NCBI RefSeq assembly: GCF_009914755.1
Contig: NC_060939.1
Strand: one strand, 5' to 3'
DNA length: 64,000 nt
Source: the human T2T-CHM13v2.0 reference genome, Homo sapiens
Shown here: one piece after another, positions 1-23,787 of the stretch
Position numbering within the stretch: the first letter of the stretch is position 1
Layout: each line of letters opens with the position of its first letter
Program-made: the position numbers and the translations under genes
Notes under the pieces: generated by a model
Told to the model about the DNA's origin: nothing
Database searches by the model: none
What the model saw: only the letters and a program-made list of their open reading frames with translations

Positions 1-850
1 GAAAACATTTCCCAAGCTGCTGTATCACTAGAGTCTCCACGCTCACCTGCTCCATCCCCTCCCTAGGGTCCCCTTCCCTGAGGATGCTGGAGTTTTCCAA
101 GGTGCCGTTCTCAGCCCTTTTTGTCTGGCTCTTCCTACTTTTCTTGGATAGTCTCATCCACACTCAGCCTCAGCTCCTCTCCACACAGGGATGACTTAGA
201 GCTCTGTGTCTCCAGCCTGCATTCTCCTCTGAGCTTCAGAGCCATGTTACCAGCTGCCTGCTGGACATCCCCACTAGAAAGTCCCACGGGCGCCTTCACT
301 CAACACACCCAAACGAGAGCTCATTTGTTTTTTTTTTTTTTTGCCCCAACCTGATCCTCCCAGTCACCCAAGCTATAAGCCTGGAAAGCAGCTTGACTTC
401 TCCTTCCATCCCTTCCCCGCTCCCACCAACTTCATCTTTTAATTCAGGGGTTCCTGAGGAAGTGTAGATAAAAATCACCCAGGAACCAGATGAGGCTCTT
501 AAGTTGGGGTATTGCATAATTTGAAAACGCTCCTAGGTGATTTCAATATATCGCCCCCACATCCCCATCCCCCAACCACCCTGAGTGAATTCATGATTGA
601 ATCCCCATCTCACCTTCCTCTCATGGGTGTTGTGGGGATCACATGAGGTAATGGGGACGCAAAAGGTCTTTGTAAACTGCCAAGAGCTGGGTGCGTGGGA
701 GGTGAGGAATTATTGTTGGGGGGCAGGCAGCTGAGTGCCAGGAGGAAAAAACAGCGGCCTTCCCGTTCATGGAGGAAGGGGTACTGATGCCCATCTGGCC
801 TGAGAAGGTGATGATCTGACCCCCTCCCCTCAGGAAATGCTCTGCTTCTG

Positions 851-955
851 CACCAATCAGGGGCCACTCCATCCCTTACCAATTTGCTCGTTGCCGAGAC
901 AACAGGCAGCTTCCTGTTACCATAGCCACAAGTGCTACCCAGTAACCATGGTAAC
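851..955 (-). promoter_or_regulatory. RFX X-box x3 plus CCAAT/Y-box x2 module in CELF6 intron 2 (candidate alternative promoter)
   Basis: GTTGCCGAGACAAC 890-903, GTTACCATAGCCAC 916-929, GTAACCATGGTAAC 942-955; CCAAT at 853 and 879. Confidence 0.7.
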
Positions 956-2398
956 GCCCTGGCAGTCACAGTTGAGCAATTTCCTTTGGATCAAATTTGG
1001 GGGTGGGAGGGGCAGGGAGGGCTTACTAAAAAAAAAAAAAAAAAAGGAAAAGAGAACAGGCCAAGTCTGAACCAGCGCAACTCCCCTCCCACCCAGGGCT
1101 CTGACACACCCACCCGCTGGTGGTGGAGCACCTGCAGTGTACCAGGCTGTGGGTGGGGGCGGAGACACCAACAGGACTCAGGTTGCAGTCTAGAGGGGAT
1201 GACAGATCAATCCAAGCAGATCAGGGCGAGCTTGACAGGTCTGGACTGGCCTGGACCAGGGACCAGGAGGACAGGACCCGTCCCTGGGCATGGCCACCTG
1301 TGATTGTGGAGGAAAGACCAAGAGACAGAGCCATGGAGAGCAGAGACACAGGGAGAGATGAAGAAACACTGGCAGACAGAAATGATGTGAGAGAAAGACA
1401 GTTCTAGAAAGGGGCAAGGAAAGAGAGTTACTGGTGGAGAGGGGAAGGAAATGAGGAGAGGAAGGGTAAGGAAGCGGGTGCAGGAGAGGCAGGGAGGAGC
1501 CTGGTAGGGAAGAAGGCCAAAAGAGTAGAAGCCTGGGGTGGGGGGCAGTGAGGGTGAGCAAGACCATCATTATTTTATTAGTTCTTAAATAGATCCTGAG
1601 AATTTCTCTCTGGAGCCTAGAGTGACGAGCACACGTGACAGCAGCAGTTTCCATGGCAGCTGCCTCCCTGGCTGGGTTTCCTGGGAGATGGTGCTCTGGG
1701 GGACGCCACCTTCTCTCCTCCCACCCACTTCCCCACCCTTCAACAGAGAGTGGGCATCGGGTGGTACATACATGTTCCCCCCTGGACCTGACCTAGGCCT
1801 CCCACCACCCAGGCATGCTGCCAGCATTTCCTGAACTCTGTGATGAGCCCCAGGCAGCCTTTCGTGGGAGACAGTGATGATCTGTATGGGGATCCTCTCT
1901 TCATAGGCTCGCAGAGGGGAAGATAATGTTACCATTTCCTGAGAGCCCACTCTGTGCCAGGCCCTTCCTGGGACACTTTACATACATTGTCTCTAAATCC
2001 TTCCAACCACTCTTCAAGGGAATACAAGTGTCCCCATATCATAGATGAGAAAGCTGAGGCTGAGGGAGGTGAAATCACTTGTCTAAGATCCCATGGTGGG
2101 TAAGTGGTTGAGCTGGGATTTACCCCCAGATCTGTCTGAGGCTGAAGCCCATGATTTTTGCACTGGAGTGCTGCTCAAATCCATTCTTAAGGCATGAACA
2201 CAAATAGTGAGGCACAGAGGGACCAGGGCCTCGGGGGAGTGCAAGGTCAAGAGCTGTGGAAGAGGCAGACTCCAGCTGAAGAGGTTGACTGAGGAAAGCT
2301 GCATAGAAGAGGCAATGTTTGACCTGAGCCTTGCAGGACTGGGGTCATTGGCCATGTAGAGATAATAGGAGAGGTAGGAGTGGTGGCTGAGCACGCTG

Positions 2399-2456
2399 AA
2401 TGGCTAGGGTACGGACAGGGAGCTGCAATGGCTAGGGTACGGACAGGGAGCTGCAA
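2399..2456. repeat. Perfect 28-bp tandem duplication
   Basis: TGGCTAGGGTACGGACAGGGAGCTGCAA x2 (2401-2428, 2429-2456). Confidence 0.97.
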
Positions 2457-2693
2457 GCCTGAAGGAGCAAAGTTTCTAGTGAGCACTTGGCATGGGAGTA
2501 GCCATGGTAGAGCAAATTGCTTCCTAGCAGATAGATGTGGATTTCAATCCTGGCTCTACCACTTGCTTCTCTAAGGTCTCTGAGCCTCAATATCCACACT
2601 AGTGAAGAGGGAATCATGATCTTAACTTGCAGCGTTGTGATGAAAATGACAACTGCTAGATCTTAGTAGATACCTCAGATATAAAAAGTTATT

Positions 2694-9368
<6,675 letters not shown>

Positions 9369-10318
9369 TCAAAAACCAGTATTTTTAATTATTAGCTTAT
9401 GATGCCTCCCTATTAAAGTCCCTCTAAGCCCTATCTCCTCCAGTTAAATCATCCCAACTCTTCCAAACTATTATTCCAAATATATCTTGTGTCTTTACTT
9501 CATCCTCGTCTCTTTCTTGTAGACAAACGACTCTCTTAAATTTGAGAGGCCTAGAACTGGACATAGTCCCAAGTTTGGCCTGTGAATGGCATTTAAACAG
9601 TGCTCTGTTCTAGACACACCGCTTCTTGGACAAGAGAAAACAAGGCTGTATAGTATGACTTGCTCTTGGTAAACCCATGCTAGTTACTAACGATCACCCC
9701 TTTATTCTGCCATATGGTCAGTAGGTCCCACCTTGCCTTTTGTTGACTGATTATCCATTAGCCAAGACCAGACCAGGTACCATTGGTGCCTACAAGCCAA
9801 GCTGCCTGTAGAATCAGGTCTCCCCTAACTTTAGCCAAGTGTTTGCAGTGTGGAGGGAAGACAATCTTAGTGAGTCAAGGCACCAAAAATAACCATTACA
9901 GGAAAAGGACTAGAGAGAAGTTCCAGCAAGGACCTTAGGACTAGAGAAAATGGGCTACCAGTCCAGCAGAACCTCTACCCCATGTATCTGCATACATGCT
10001 CACACCAGTGACAAGAGACACCCAAAGCCATAATTTTACCAAGGTGAATAAATTCTAGCTTAGCCCTCAACACTGATGCCTCTCCTAAAAGATGGGTGGA
10101 ACGCCTGGCCCAAGGATCTTGAGCCCCTTTTTTGAGCCAGAAGATTGGATGTAACAAAGAATTTGTTGCTGTTCAGGGTACAGGAAGCCCTCTCCTAGAA
10201 AGATGACTCTGCTTCTAGTTCTCGGTCCCAACCCAGCCCCCACATGCTGCTTTGGCATGCACACAGGGCACTGTCCCCAGCCTGAGGTGATTCCCACCCC
10301 CCAACCTGGAGGACTTAC

Positions 10319-10401
10319 CCCTGGCAGGGTCTTCTGCTCGTGCAGTGCACTCTGGGCCTTGAGAGCAGAGTCCCGGGCGCAGTAGGTGAGGAAGGCACAG
10401 C
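10319..10401 (-). CDS. CELF6: CELF6 coding exon 2 (RRM1, RNP1 motif)
   Basis: 83 bp, CAG acceptor and GTAAGT donor. Continues exon 1 in frame as (G)[27 protein letters not shown]; 262+83=345 nt=115 codons. Confidence 0.97.
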
Positions 10402-13400
10402 CTGAGGAGGAAGAGGCTGGCTCAGGGGGTTTCCTGAAACCCCCAACTATTCTTCTTCGAAATACCCCACTAAGTTGACAAACTTAAGGCCACTCTCCTT
10501 TAAGCAAGGACTCTGCTTTCTGAGAAGCCCTCTCTGCCTCCCACCTCTGGAGGGAGGGGCTTCATGTGCCTGGGGACCAGTGTCCCAGGCTCTGGCTCCC
10601 TTTCATTTGCTCCTGGCATCCTGCCCAGAGAACATATGTGCCCACACCCAGTCACATGTGCATACAATCCCACATCTCCCCTCCCCACTCCAGTCACAAG
10701 TCCTGTTGGGGTTAAACCTCCCTAAGCAGCTTTATCATCATCTTTAACCCAGACTTCCCCTTCCTTTTTGGATTCAGACTCATGGAGTCTCCCAGGATCA
10801 GCCTCAATTCCTTCCCAACTCAGTTTCGGATGGGAGGAGGCAAAAGAGTAAAAGAAGGATTGGGAGCCAACCCCAGGAGCCCCCAGCTCTTGTCCATGTC
10901 TCCCTCCCCTAAGTTTGAAGCTGGGGAATGGATTGATTTGAGACTTAGAAGATGGGATTGGTTTAAGGGCTTCCCATAGGTGGGAGTTTCCAGGGACCCC
11001 CTAATCCTGTTCAAGGATCTTGATCTGTCAACCCTCCTAGGGCTTTGAGGTAGGGCCTCTTAAAGAGTTATTGTGCCTCAAATCTGGCTCCTCTAAAAGG
11101 GCCAGCATATATGGGTCAGCGAAGAGGTCTAGGTTGAGCCAAAGGGTCAAGTTTAGCCCTCTGTTTGTTCAGCCTCAGGACCTGTAGCCTGCTAGGAAGC
11201 ACTGAAGCAGCACTCTCCTCCTTTCCAACAGCCACTGAGCACTCATTCATTCAGAAAATATTTATTGAACACTTACTTATTATGGTGGGGCATTTTGATG
11301 ACCTTGGAGATAGAGTGGCAACAAGACACACATTCCCTGCCCTCATGGGGATTAGACAAATCATGAGGGACCCCTAAACAAGTCCAAAGGGTTGAGTAAT
11401 GTCTCAAAGAAGGCACTGAGTCCTCGAGAACAAGAACACTGAGTCCTTAACAATCAGGTGATGAAAAGGACAGTGATTATTTCAGACAGAGGGAAAAGCA
11501 TATATGAAGACTGAATCAAGAATTTGGTGTGTTGGGGAAATGGATAGGTTAGTGTGGCTGGAGGCTGGTGTATGGGGGCAGAGTGGCTAGTGAGATATGC
11601 AGGAATCAAGTCATATGTAGCCTTGTGGGCCTCAGTTGGATTTTGAACTTTTTCCTAAGAGCAATAGAGAGCCACTTTAAAGGGTTTTAAGCAGATCTGT
11701 GAGATGATAAGATCTGTTTTCAAAAGGAGCATTCTGAGTGTAGGAGGGAGAAGGACTGAAGGAGGAGAAAGTGGATATGGTGAGCCATTAGGAACTTGGG
11801 GCAGATTTCCACTTAGACCTCAGCAGATTATAAAGGCAAATGGGAACATTTTTTTCTGGCCTCTTCTACAGGGCTGCCCCATTAAGATGGGTTTATTGCC
11901 GGACATTCATTGAGTTAAAGGGAACTTAGAGAACTGAGCAAAACTCTTATCACATCAACAGGGAAACTGAAGCCCAGAGAGTGGGTCAGTGGCAGGGCAG
12001 GATTTGGAATGTCTTAACTCCCAAGCTGGGGTTGTTTTCAAAGCACTGTGGCTGCCTGCCTCGGTACCCAGACATCAAAAGGAAAATGAGTCACTGTTTC
12101 TGGGGAGAGGATGAGGAAGATGTTGACTTGGAGACCCTCTACAATCATCTTGGAAGGCAACACTTGCCTTGGAGAGTTGTGATTTAGTTTGGAAATAAAT
12201 CACCAAACACCTGATTCCACTTACATCCCTGCTCTGTGTTTTGCTACCAACCCATATCACCTGACGTCCAAACCGGGCAGGTTGCCTGTCTGAAAGGCTC
12301 AGGGGCCCAGTTGCTGCCTAAAGAAGCCCCATGTGGACTAGCCGGGATAGAGGGTGGAAGAATGAAGGGAAGAAAAGACAGAGAAGCATGGTTTGAGAGA
12401 CAGATGAATGAAAATAACAGGCAGAATTAGAGCTAAATGAAAAGAGAGAGGATGAGGGAACAGTTCAGAGACTGATAGTGAGAAGAGTGAGATTTAAGGG
12501 TATTCTATACACTTCCCTTATTGTACGGATGGCCTACAAAGATTAGCTTTGTATGTACATCCTGAAATCAATGTCTAAAAATAAGAAAATGAGTTACTAC
12601 AGAGGGATGGACAGACAGGCAGGTAGTGGGAGTGCATTAGAAGGACTCTAGATGGTGAGGTATTGTCCTTTCATACACCCATTAACACAATCCCAGCCCA
12701 AAGGGTGGAAGCTGTACTCCTAGCCAGATGGTCCTAGCTCTTCTATTGGCATTTTCTCGAAGTGCCTACATTAGTGTGCCAAGGAACCCTACGAGGCCTC
12801 CAAGTTGAAGAGGTGGCAGTCTGATTCCAGCTCTCAGTCCTTAGGAATGTACCTTTAGCTGTTACCCAAGGCCCACCACTCCTCTCTTAGGAAGATCATG
12901 GAGGATAGTTGGTGACTCTTTCCCAGCAAAAACTTGAAAGCACAGCATGGTGGTGGTGGTGGGGGAGGAGATAAGAGTGTTTCTTCTCAAATCATCTCCC
13001 CTTCTCCTGCCCATGTATGACATGTGACTCTGGCTCTCTTACTCCAGCCCTGCCTGGACAGACTTTTCTGCATGTAAACAAGCCTCCTCCCTCTCTCTAC
13101 AGGAAGAAAGGGGTGTGGCCGAACAGGACCGTGTATCTCTCTAGAAAGGGCAGGGAGAAGATCTCCTTCTGTCTCTTCAGCCTGACTCACCCTGAGAATG
13201 GGCCTGGACTGGGACCAGCCTGTGAGGGGAGGGAAAGAAAGAGGCCATAAAGAGGACTGGGGAGGAGCAAAGAAGAGGCACAGGAGTGAGGGGATTAGAG
13301 AAGGAAAGAAGTGTGGATTTAGCTGAGAGAAATCCAAGAAGAAAGGGACACAGGGTGGCAGGAGTTCCCAGCTGAGGTCAGGGTTCTGAACTGAAATCAA

Positions 13401-14086
13401 AAGAGGTAGAGTGCATTGGGATTCTGGCGAAGGGCAGGAGAGATTGGGGCTGTTGTTGAACATGAGGGGGTGTCTGGAACTGAGAGCCTCCTGGGAATTG
13501 AATTGGATTTTGTGTTAGACAGGTCTGGGTTCTGAAGAAGGGGAGGGTTTGGGTCTGCGGTGTTTTAGGTTGGCAGTCTGAGAGTCAAAAGAAGGCTCTT
13601 GAGGGGGATGGCCGGACTAGGAGGCCAGAGGAGGGGTGCAAGTCCAAGATATGCATGTGGGTGGTTAGGCCTGAGTGAGGTGCCACCAGATGGAGGATTC
13701 AGGAGTGTTTGGGCTCAGGGTTTGGGAAATTGAGGGTATTCGAGATCTAGAAGGTGGAATAAGTTTTCAAATTCCAGAATTTTAGGTCTGATGGGAGAGG
13801 TGGTGGAAAGGTCCAATTGAAAGGCAGGGACTGCTGGGATGTGAGAGGTGGAGGCCAGGAATTTGGAGGTTAGAGTGGAGAACATGTTAGGGGACCACAG
13901 TGATAATCAGAGGGAGGATGTCAGAGAGAAAATTCTGTGATCTGGGAAGGGGGCTGGGCTGAGGTGGGGCTGATATTGGACTGGTGTTGGACTGGCTCTC
14001 GGCAGGGCTAGGGCTGGGGCTGGGCTGGGGTCGGGCCACACTCTAATCGGATTGGGGCTGGGCTGGGCTGGGCTGACCCCGCGCAC

Positions 14087-14348
14087 CTTTGTGGAGGCCG
14101 GTGAGCCGGTCCTTCAGCACCGTCAGCTCGTAGATGCGGCCGAACTCCTCGAACAGCGGCTTGAGGTCCTGCTCGTCCAAGCCCCGCGGGATCTGCCCCA
14201 CGAAGAGCTTGATGGCGTCGTGGTCCTTCATGGGTACGGCGGGACCGGGGTTTAGCCCGCTCATGCCGACGCCGCTGTCCGCGGTGCTGAAACCCAGGCG
14301 CGGGCCGGGGCCAGCGGGCTGCGCTGACCCTCCCGGCGCCGCGGCCAT
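14087..14348 (-). CDS. CELF6: CELF6 coding exon 1 (N-terminus and first part of RRM1)
   Basis: Translates [10 protein letters not shown]...[48 protein letters not shown], a CELF-family RRM1 with RNP2 LFVGQI. Donor AAG|GTGCGC at 14086. In-frame TGA 15 nt upstream of the ATG. Confidence 0.97.
14271..14291 (-). promoter_or_regulatory. RE1/NRSE (REST binding site) inside the CELF6 coding sequence
   Basis: Minus strand TTCAGCACCGCGGACAGCGGC versus consensus TTCAGCACCNCGGACAGCGCC (one mismatch). Confidence 0.9.
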
Positions 14349-15773
14349 GTCCCCGCCCTGTCAGCCCTCCCGCCGGTCCCACTGGTCCCGCCTGTCCCGC
14401 CGTCCCCTCCCTGGACCGGTGGCGAGGGCCAGGGGGAGGGGGCGGAGCCCGGGCGGAGAGGGCGGGGGGCTGCCCAGGGGGCGGGGTCCGGGTGGAGGGG
14501 CGTAGAGGGGGTGGGGCGGGCAGGAAAGGGGCGGGGCCGGGGCGGGGCGGGCCCGGGCCGAGGTGGCGGCTGAACGCTGGGGTCTGGCTTGAGGTCCCCG
14601 TGCGGCTCTCTCTGGGCTCCCGCCCGAGCTCTCCCAGAGCCGAGCCCCGAGCCCCAGCCCCCGTGCTTGGTGACGTCAGGCAGCTGGCCGCCGAGTCTAC
14701 GCAAATGATTTGCATAATGAGGAAGCAGCCGCCAATCAGAGTGGGAGTTGACTGGGCTCGCCGGGGGCGGGGGGGGCGGCTGGGCTCACGCGCTCCTGCT
14801 CGCCATGGCAACCGGACCCTCGAATGCCCTGTGTGTGTCGAGTGTGTGCGGGCGTGGCCGTGGATCGCGCGTGTGCGCCTTGGGCCGCGTGAGGGGAAGC
14901 AGCTTCGTCATGCGTGATGGTGTCTGCCGGAGTCGGGGCTAATCCCCACCGCACACACAGGCACACACAGGCAAACGCAGGCACACGCAGGCACACACAC
15001 CTCCAAACGCTGGTGCGTTTCCTGCGGGGGTGGATGGGGATTCCTCTTCTCTATTCCCACTATCGAGCCAGTCCCTCGGAGCCAATCCCACCCCGCCCCA
15101 TCACACATCTCTGTCTTCGGTGTCTTTAACCACTTTCTTACCCCTGAGCCTCAGACACATTCGTCTCCCTTGCAGCCTTAAAAAGAAAGGAAGAATAAAA
15201 TAAAAACCCCTTAAACACTCCTTGAACACGGATTCCTCCTTAGGAGAGTGAGGGAACTTAGCCGTATTTACTCAGAACCCATTATGCACCAGGTGCCCAG
15301 TTCATCCCAGTTCTGTGAACTCAGGAGTGTTCTCTTTTTCCGGAAAAGGAAGCTGAGGTTCTGAGGGTCGAGGATGTTAGGGCCAGGCCCACCCCAACAT
15401 TTGTTGGGCCCAGCGCAAAATAAGAAATGGAAATCGACATACTGTGCATCTAAACATTTAAAAGATACAAATCAAATTACAATTTGTTAAATATGTTCCC
15501 CTCTTATTTTCACAAATACAGGTTCAGAATTACGAAAATGAAAGACATATGTACAGCTACGCTTTCTATATGACTGAAAGTTGGCAAAATATCAGAGCTG
15601 ATGGAATTTTATTACTCTTGCACATGTCTAGGTATTCTCTTGATGGATCAGTGATGTTTGCACAAAGTAGTAATACAATGTTTGGACAAAGACACATACT
15701 TCATAAATTATATATTTATTCCATAATATATTTTTCATGCCTCTTTCAGTAAAATTGCTAATTATTTTAATAG

Positions 15774-15962
<189 letters not shown>

Positions 15963-16222
15963 TAGAGATGGTGGTTTCACCATTCTGCCCAGGCTTGTCT
16001 AGAACACTCCTGAGCTCAAGTGATCCACCCACCTCGGTGCCCCAGAGTGCTGGGATTACAGGAGTGTGCCACTGCACCTGGCCTAATAGAGATTTTAACA
16101 TAACTTGTGTCCATTGACTATTCTAAGAAACTGCTGGAGACCAGCAGTAGCAACTGGAATCATCAAAAAGTTCTTAAAACAATATTCAATTCAGAAGCAA
16201 ATCATGATTTTTAAATGATTTA

Positions 16223-16546
<324 letters not shown>

Positions 16547-16751
16547 TTATTTTTCTGGCGGGATGCGGTGGCTCACACCAGTAATCCCAGCACTTCAGGA
16601 GGCCGAGGTGGGTGGATTGCTTGAGATCAGGAGTTTGAGACCAGCCTGGCCAATATGGCAAAACCCCATTTTTACTAAATGAATAAATAAATAAAATAAA
16701 TTATTTTTCTCCTTTAACAGAAAGTTACTCCTTGTAATAAGTTGACCATGA

Positions 16752-17033
<282 letters not shown>

Positions 17034-17189
17034 TGATCTGCTTGCCTAGGCCTCCCAAAGTGCTGGGATTACAGGTGTGAGCCACCATGCCTGGCCCAGT
17101 CCTATGTATTTTTTAAAATTTTCACCCCAAAAGTAGTAAAACAATTCAAAAATCAGAACAAAGTTCTCTGCAGAAAAAGAAAAATACAG

Positions 17190-20600
<3,411 letters not shown>

Positions 20601-21918
20601 ACCCCCAACTAGTGAGGAAACAAGGACACTGCCTTGGTTATTGTGAGATAAGGATGGAAGTTAAGGTTTCCTACTAGGTCTCTGCTGAAACCACCTCAAA
20701 TGAAAGGGAAGGTGGCCTCACTGCTGGGCAGGAGTGGAAGCTTCCAACTAGAGACTCCTATGATACTGCTCTATCAAGAAGGGAGAGGAGTCCCATGCGG
20801 TCTCCACTGAACCCATAAGAGGTGTATCTGTTAATGCTGGGTGGGTATACAAGTCCTAGCTCCTCATTTGACATTCTCTGATGACACCTTAATAGCAGGT
20901 GGGAGAAGGGTCTATGTATGGAGTTGTTACATCCATAGCCTAGACTAGTTGCATCAGAATTGCTGGGGTGGGACTCAGGCATCAGCATGTTTTAAAACTC
21001 CCTTGTTGAATCCAATGTGTGTGGAAGCAAGGTTAAGAATTAGTGCTTTAGAAGTTCCTTTAGTCAAGAGACTGTTGGCGATAAGCTCTGCTTTGCTTAT
21101 CTGGAAATGCTTTTATTTCGAATCACTTCTTGAATAATAACTTAGTAAATATATAATTATTTTCTCTTACTTCACTTTGAAGATATTATTTCACCATACT
21201 TTGGTTTCCATTTTTGCTTATGAGACATCAACTGGCAGTCAATTTGCAGGTAGCTGGTGTTTCCCTGACTGCTCTTAAGATCTTTTGATTTCTTTTGGCA
21301 ATCTTCACTTTTACAAGGATGTGTTTAGTTGCTTAAAATTTCTTGTGCTTTCTAAATCTGCACATTTATGTTTTCCCTCAATTAAAGAGGACTGTCAGTC
21401 ATTGTTTCCTCAGTTATTTTCTTTCTCCCATGTGGTGTGATGTGCTGCCATTGTGATGTGATGGTCAAGACCTCCCTTCCCCCAACCCTTCAGTGAAGAA
21501 TGTGTTGTTATAGTTTAGGGGAGTGCTGTCCCCTTCAGAGTTTGCCTCAAGGTCATGCCCCTTCCCAGGGCAGCCCAAATCCAATGACTAATTAATACAG
21601 GATTATAAAGGTCTAGCTATCTCAGCCTAAATCAGAACAATGGTGAAGGCCATTCTATTTGGGCTAAATTTAAAATAGTTGGATATGTAAAAATTTGAGT
21701 TTGGTGCCAATGGGCTTTTGAGCTAATGAGTCCCAGCCTGCTCTGAAGAAGTAAACAACATAGGGCCAATATACAGAGGTCATCTTTGGTTCATTTGCAT
21801 AACATGGCCCCAGCACTGGCACTGAACATATCATTATCTCTTCAGGCATTGGCCATTCCGGGTTTGTTCACCCCAGGTACATGTGTGTCTATTCAACCTG
21901 TAGTTTGAAGCTTTTTTA

Positions 21919-22215
<297 letters not shown>

Positions 22216-22840
22216 TCAAGACTCCCTCTCAAAAAAAAAAAAAAAAAAAAGGTATGAAAGTATAGTTTTAGTGTATGTTCTGTTCTGTTGCTTTCCCTTT
22301 CCTCTTCAGGAAATCCTGTCATACATATGTTAGATCTTCTGCCTATCTTGTTTTTTGTTTTGTTTTTTGATCACTTTCTCCCAAATCCTTTTTTATCTCT
22401 TTCTTCTTTAAAAATATATTTTTTTAAAATCCTCCATGGCTGGTGCGGTGGCTCACACCTGCAATCCCAACATTTTGGGAGGCCAAAGAGGGCAGATCAC
22501 CTCCATTTAATCTTCTATTTGTCTGAAGATATTATCCATTGTCATTTTTGCTAGTGAAACTTCTAGAATAGACTTCATTTCTGAAATAACTTTTCATTTA
22601 TTCTAATTCCCTCCTGAGTTCTGTAACCTCACTTTTAAACATCTTATTTTTTCCAATCATCACATTTTTGAATTTTTCTCACTCTTATATTGATTTTTCA
22701 TAGTCCCTTTTCTTTTCTTAATGGTTTTCTTTTGTTTTAAGGGTAAATCTTTCTGTCATGCTTTCACTGTCAACAGGGACATTATGGTATTATTCCCTAT
22801 CCTCCTCTTTTATGTATGGACTTCAATTGAGTAGTTTTAA

Positions 22841-23173
<333 letters not shown>

Positions 23174-23218
23174 TAGAAAGAGCAATAGGAAGAATAGCCT
23201 TTTTCTTTTTTTGTGTGA

Positions 23219-23508
<290 letters not shown>

Positions 23509-23604
23509 TAGAGTTTTCTTTACCTTAAAATAGGTGATACAAATGTGATCTTTGACTCCCGAGACAGGCATCCTCTACTACGCCACCTACTTCTATCTGG
23601 ACCT

Positions 23605-23637
<33 letters not shown>

Positions 23638-23787
23638 TTTTTTGTCCTTATTGTCTCTGCTAAGTTCTATTTGGATTCTACTGCCAGCAGTTTCTCCTCT
23701 ATTTGGGCTTTGTCTTGGAAGGAAGTGTTGATTTGTTAGTCTCAAGATCTCATAAAGTTCAGACCACTCCAATATCTCCAGAACTTT

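Larger units (their letters stand above)
14050..14950 (-). promoter_or_regulatory. CELF6: CELF6 CpG-island promoter/5'UTR
   Basis: High GC and CpG density. GC boxes (~14528-14552, ~14765), CRE TGACGTCA 14671-14678, octamer ATTTGCAT 14708-14715, CCAAT 14732-14736, X-box 14799-14812. Confidence 0.88.

Noticed and set aside
14349-14365. Possible N-terminal extension of CELF6
   Set aside because: In-frame TGA 15 nt upstream of the ATG.
14008-14917. Long overlapping ORFs (267, 147, 141 and 123 aa) across the CELF6 promoter
   Set aside because: Pro/Arg/Gly-rich products expected from stop-codon depletion in a CpG island; no domain signal.
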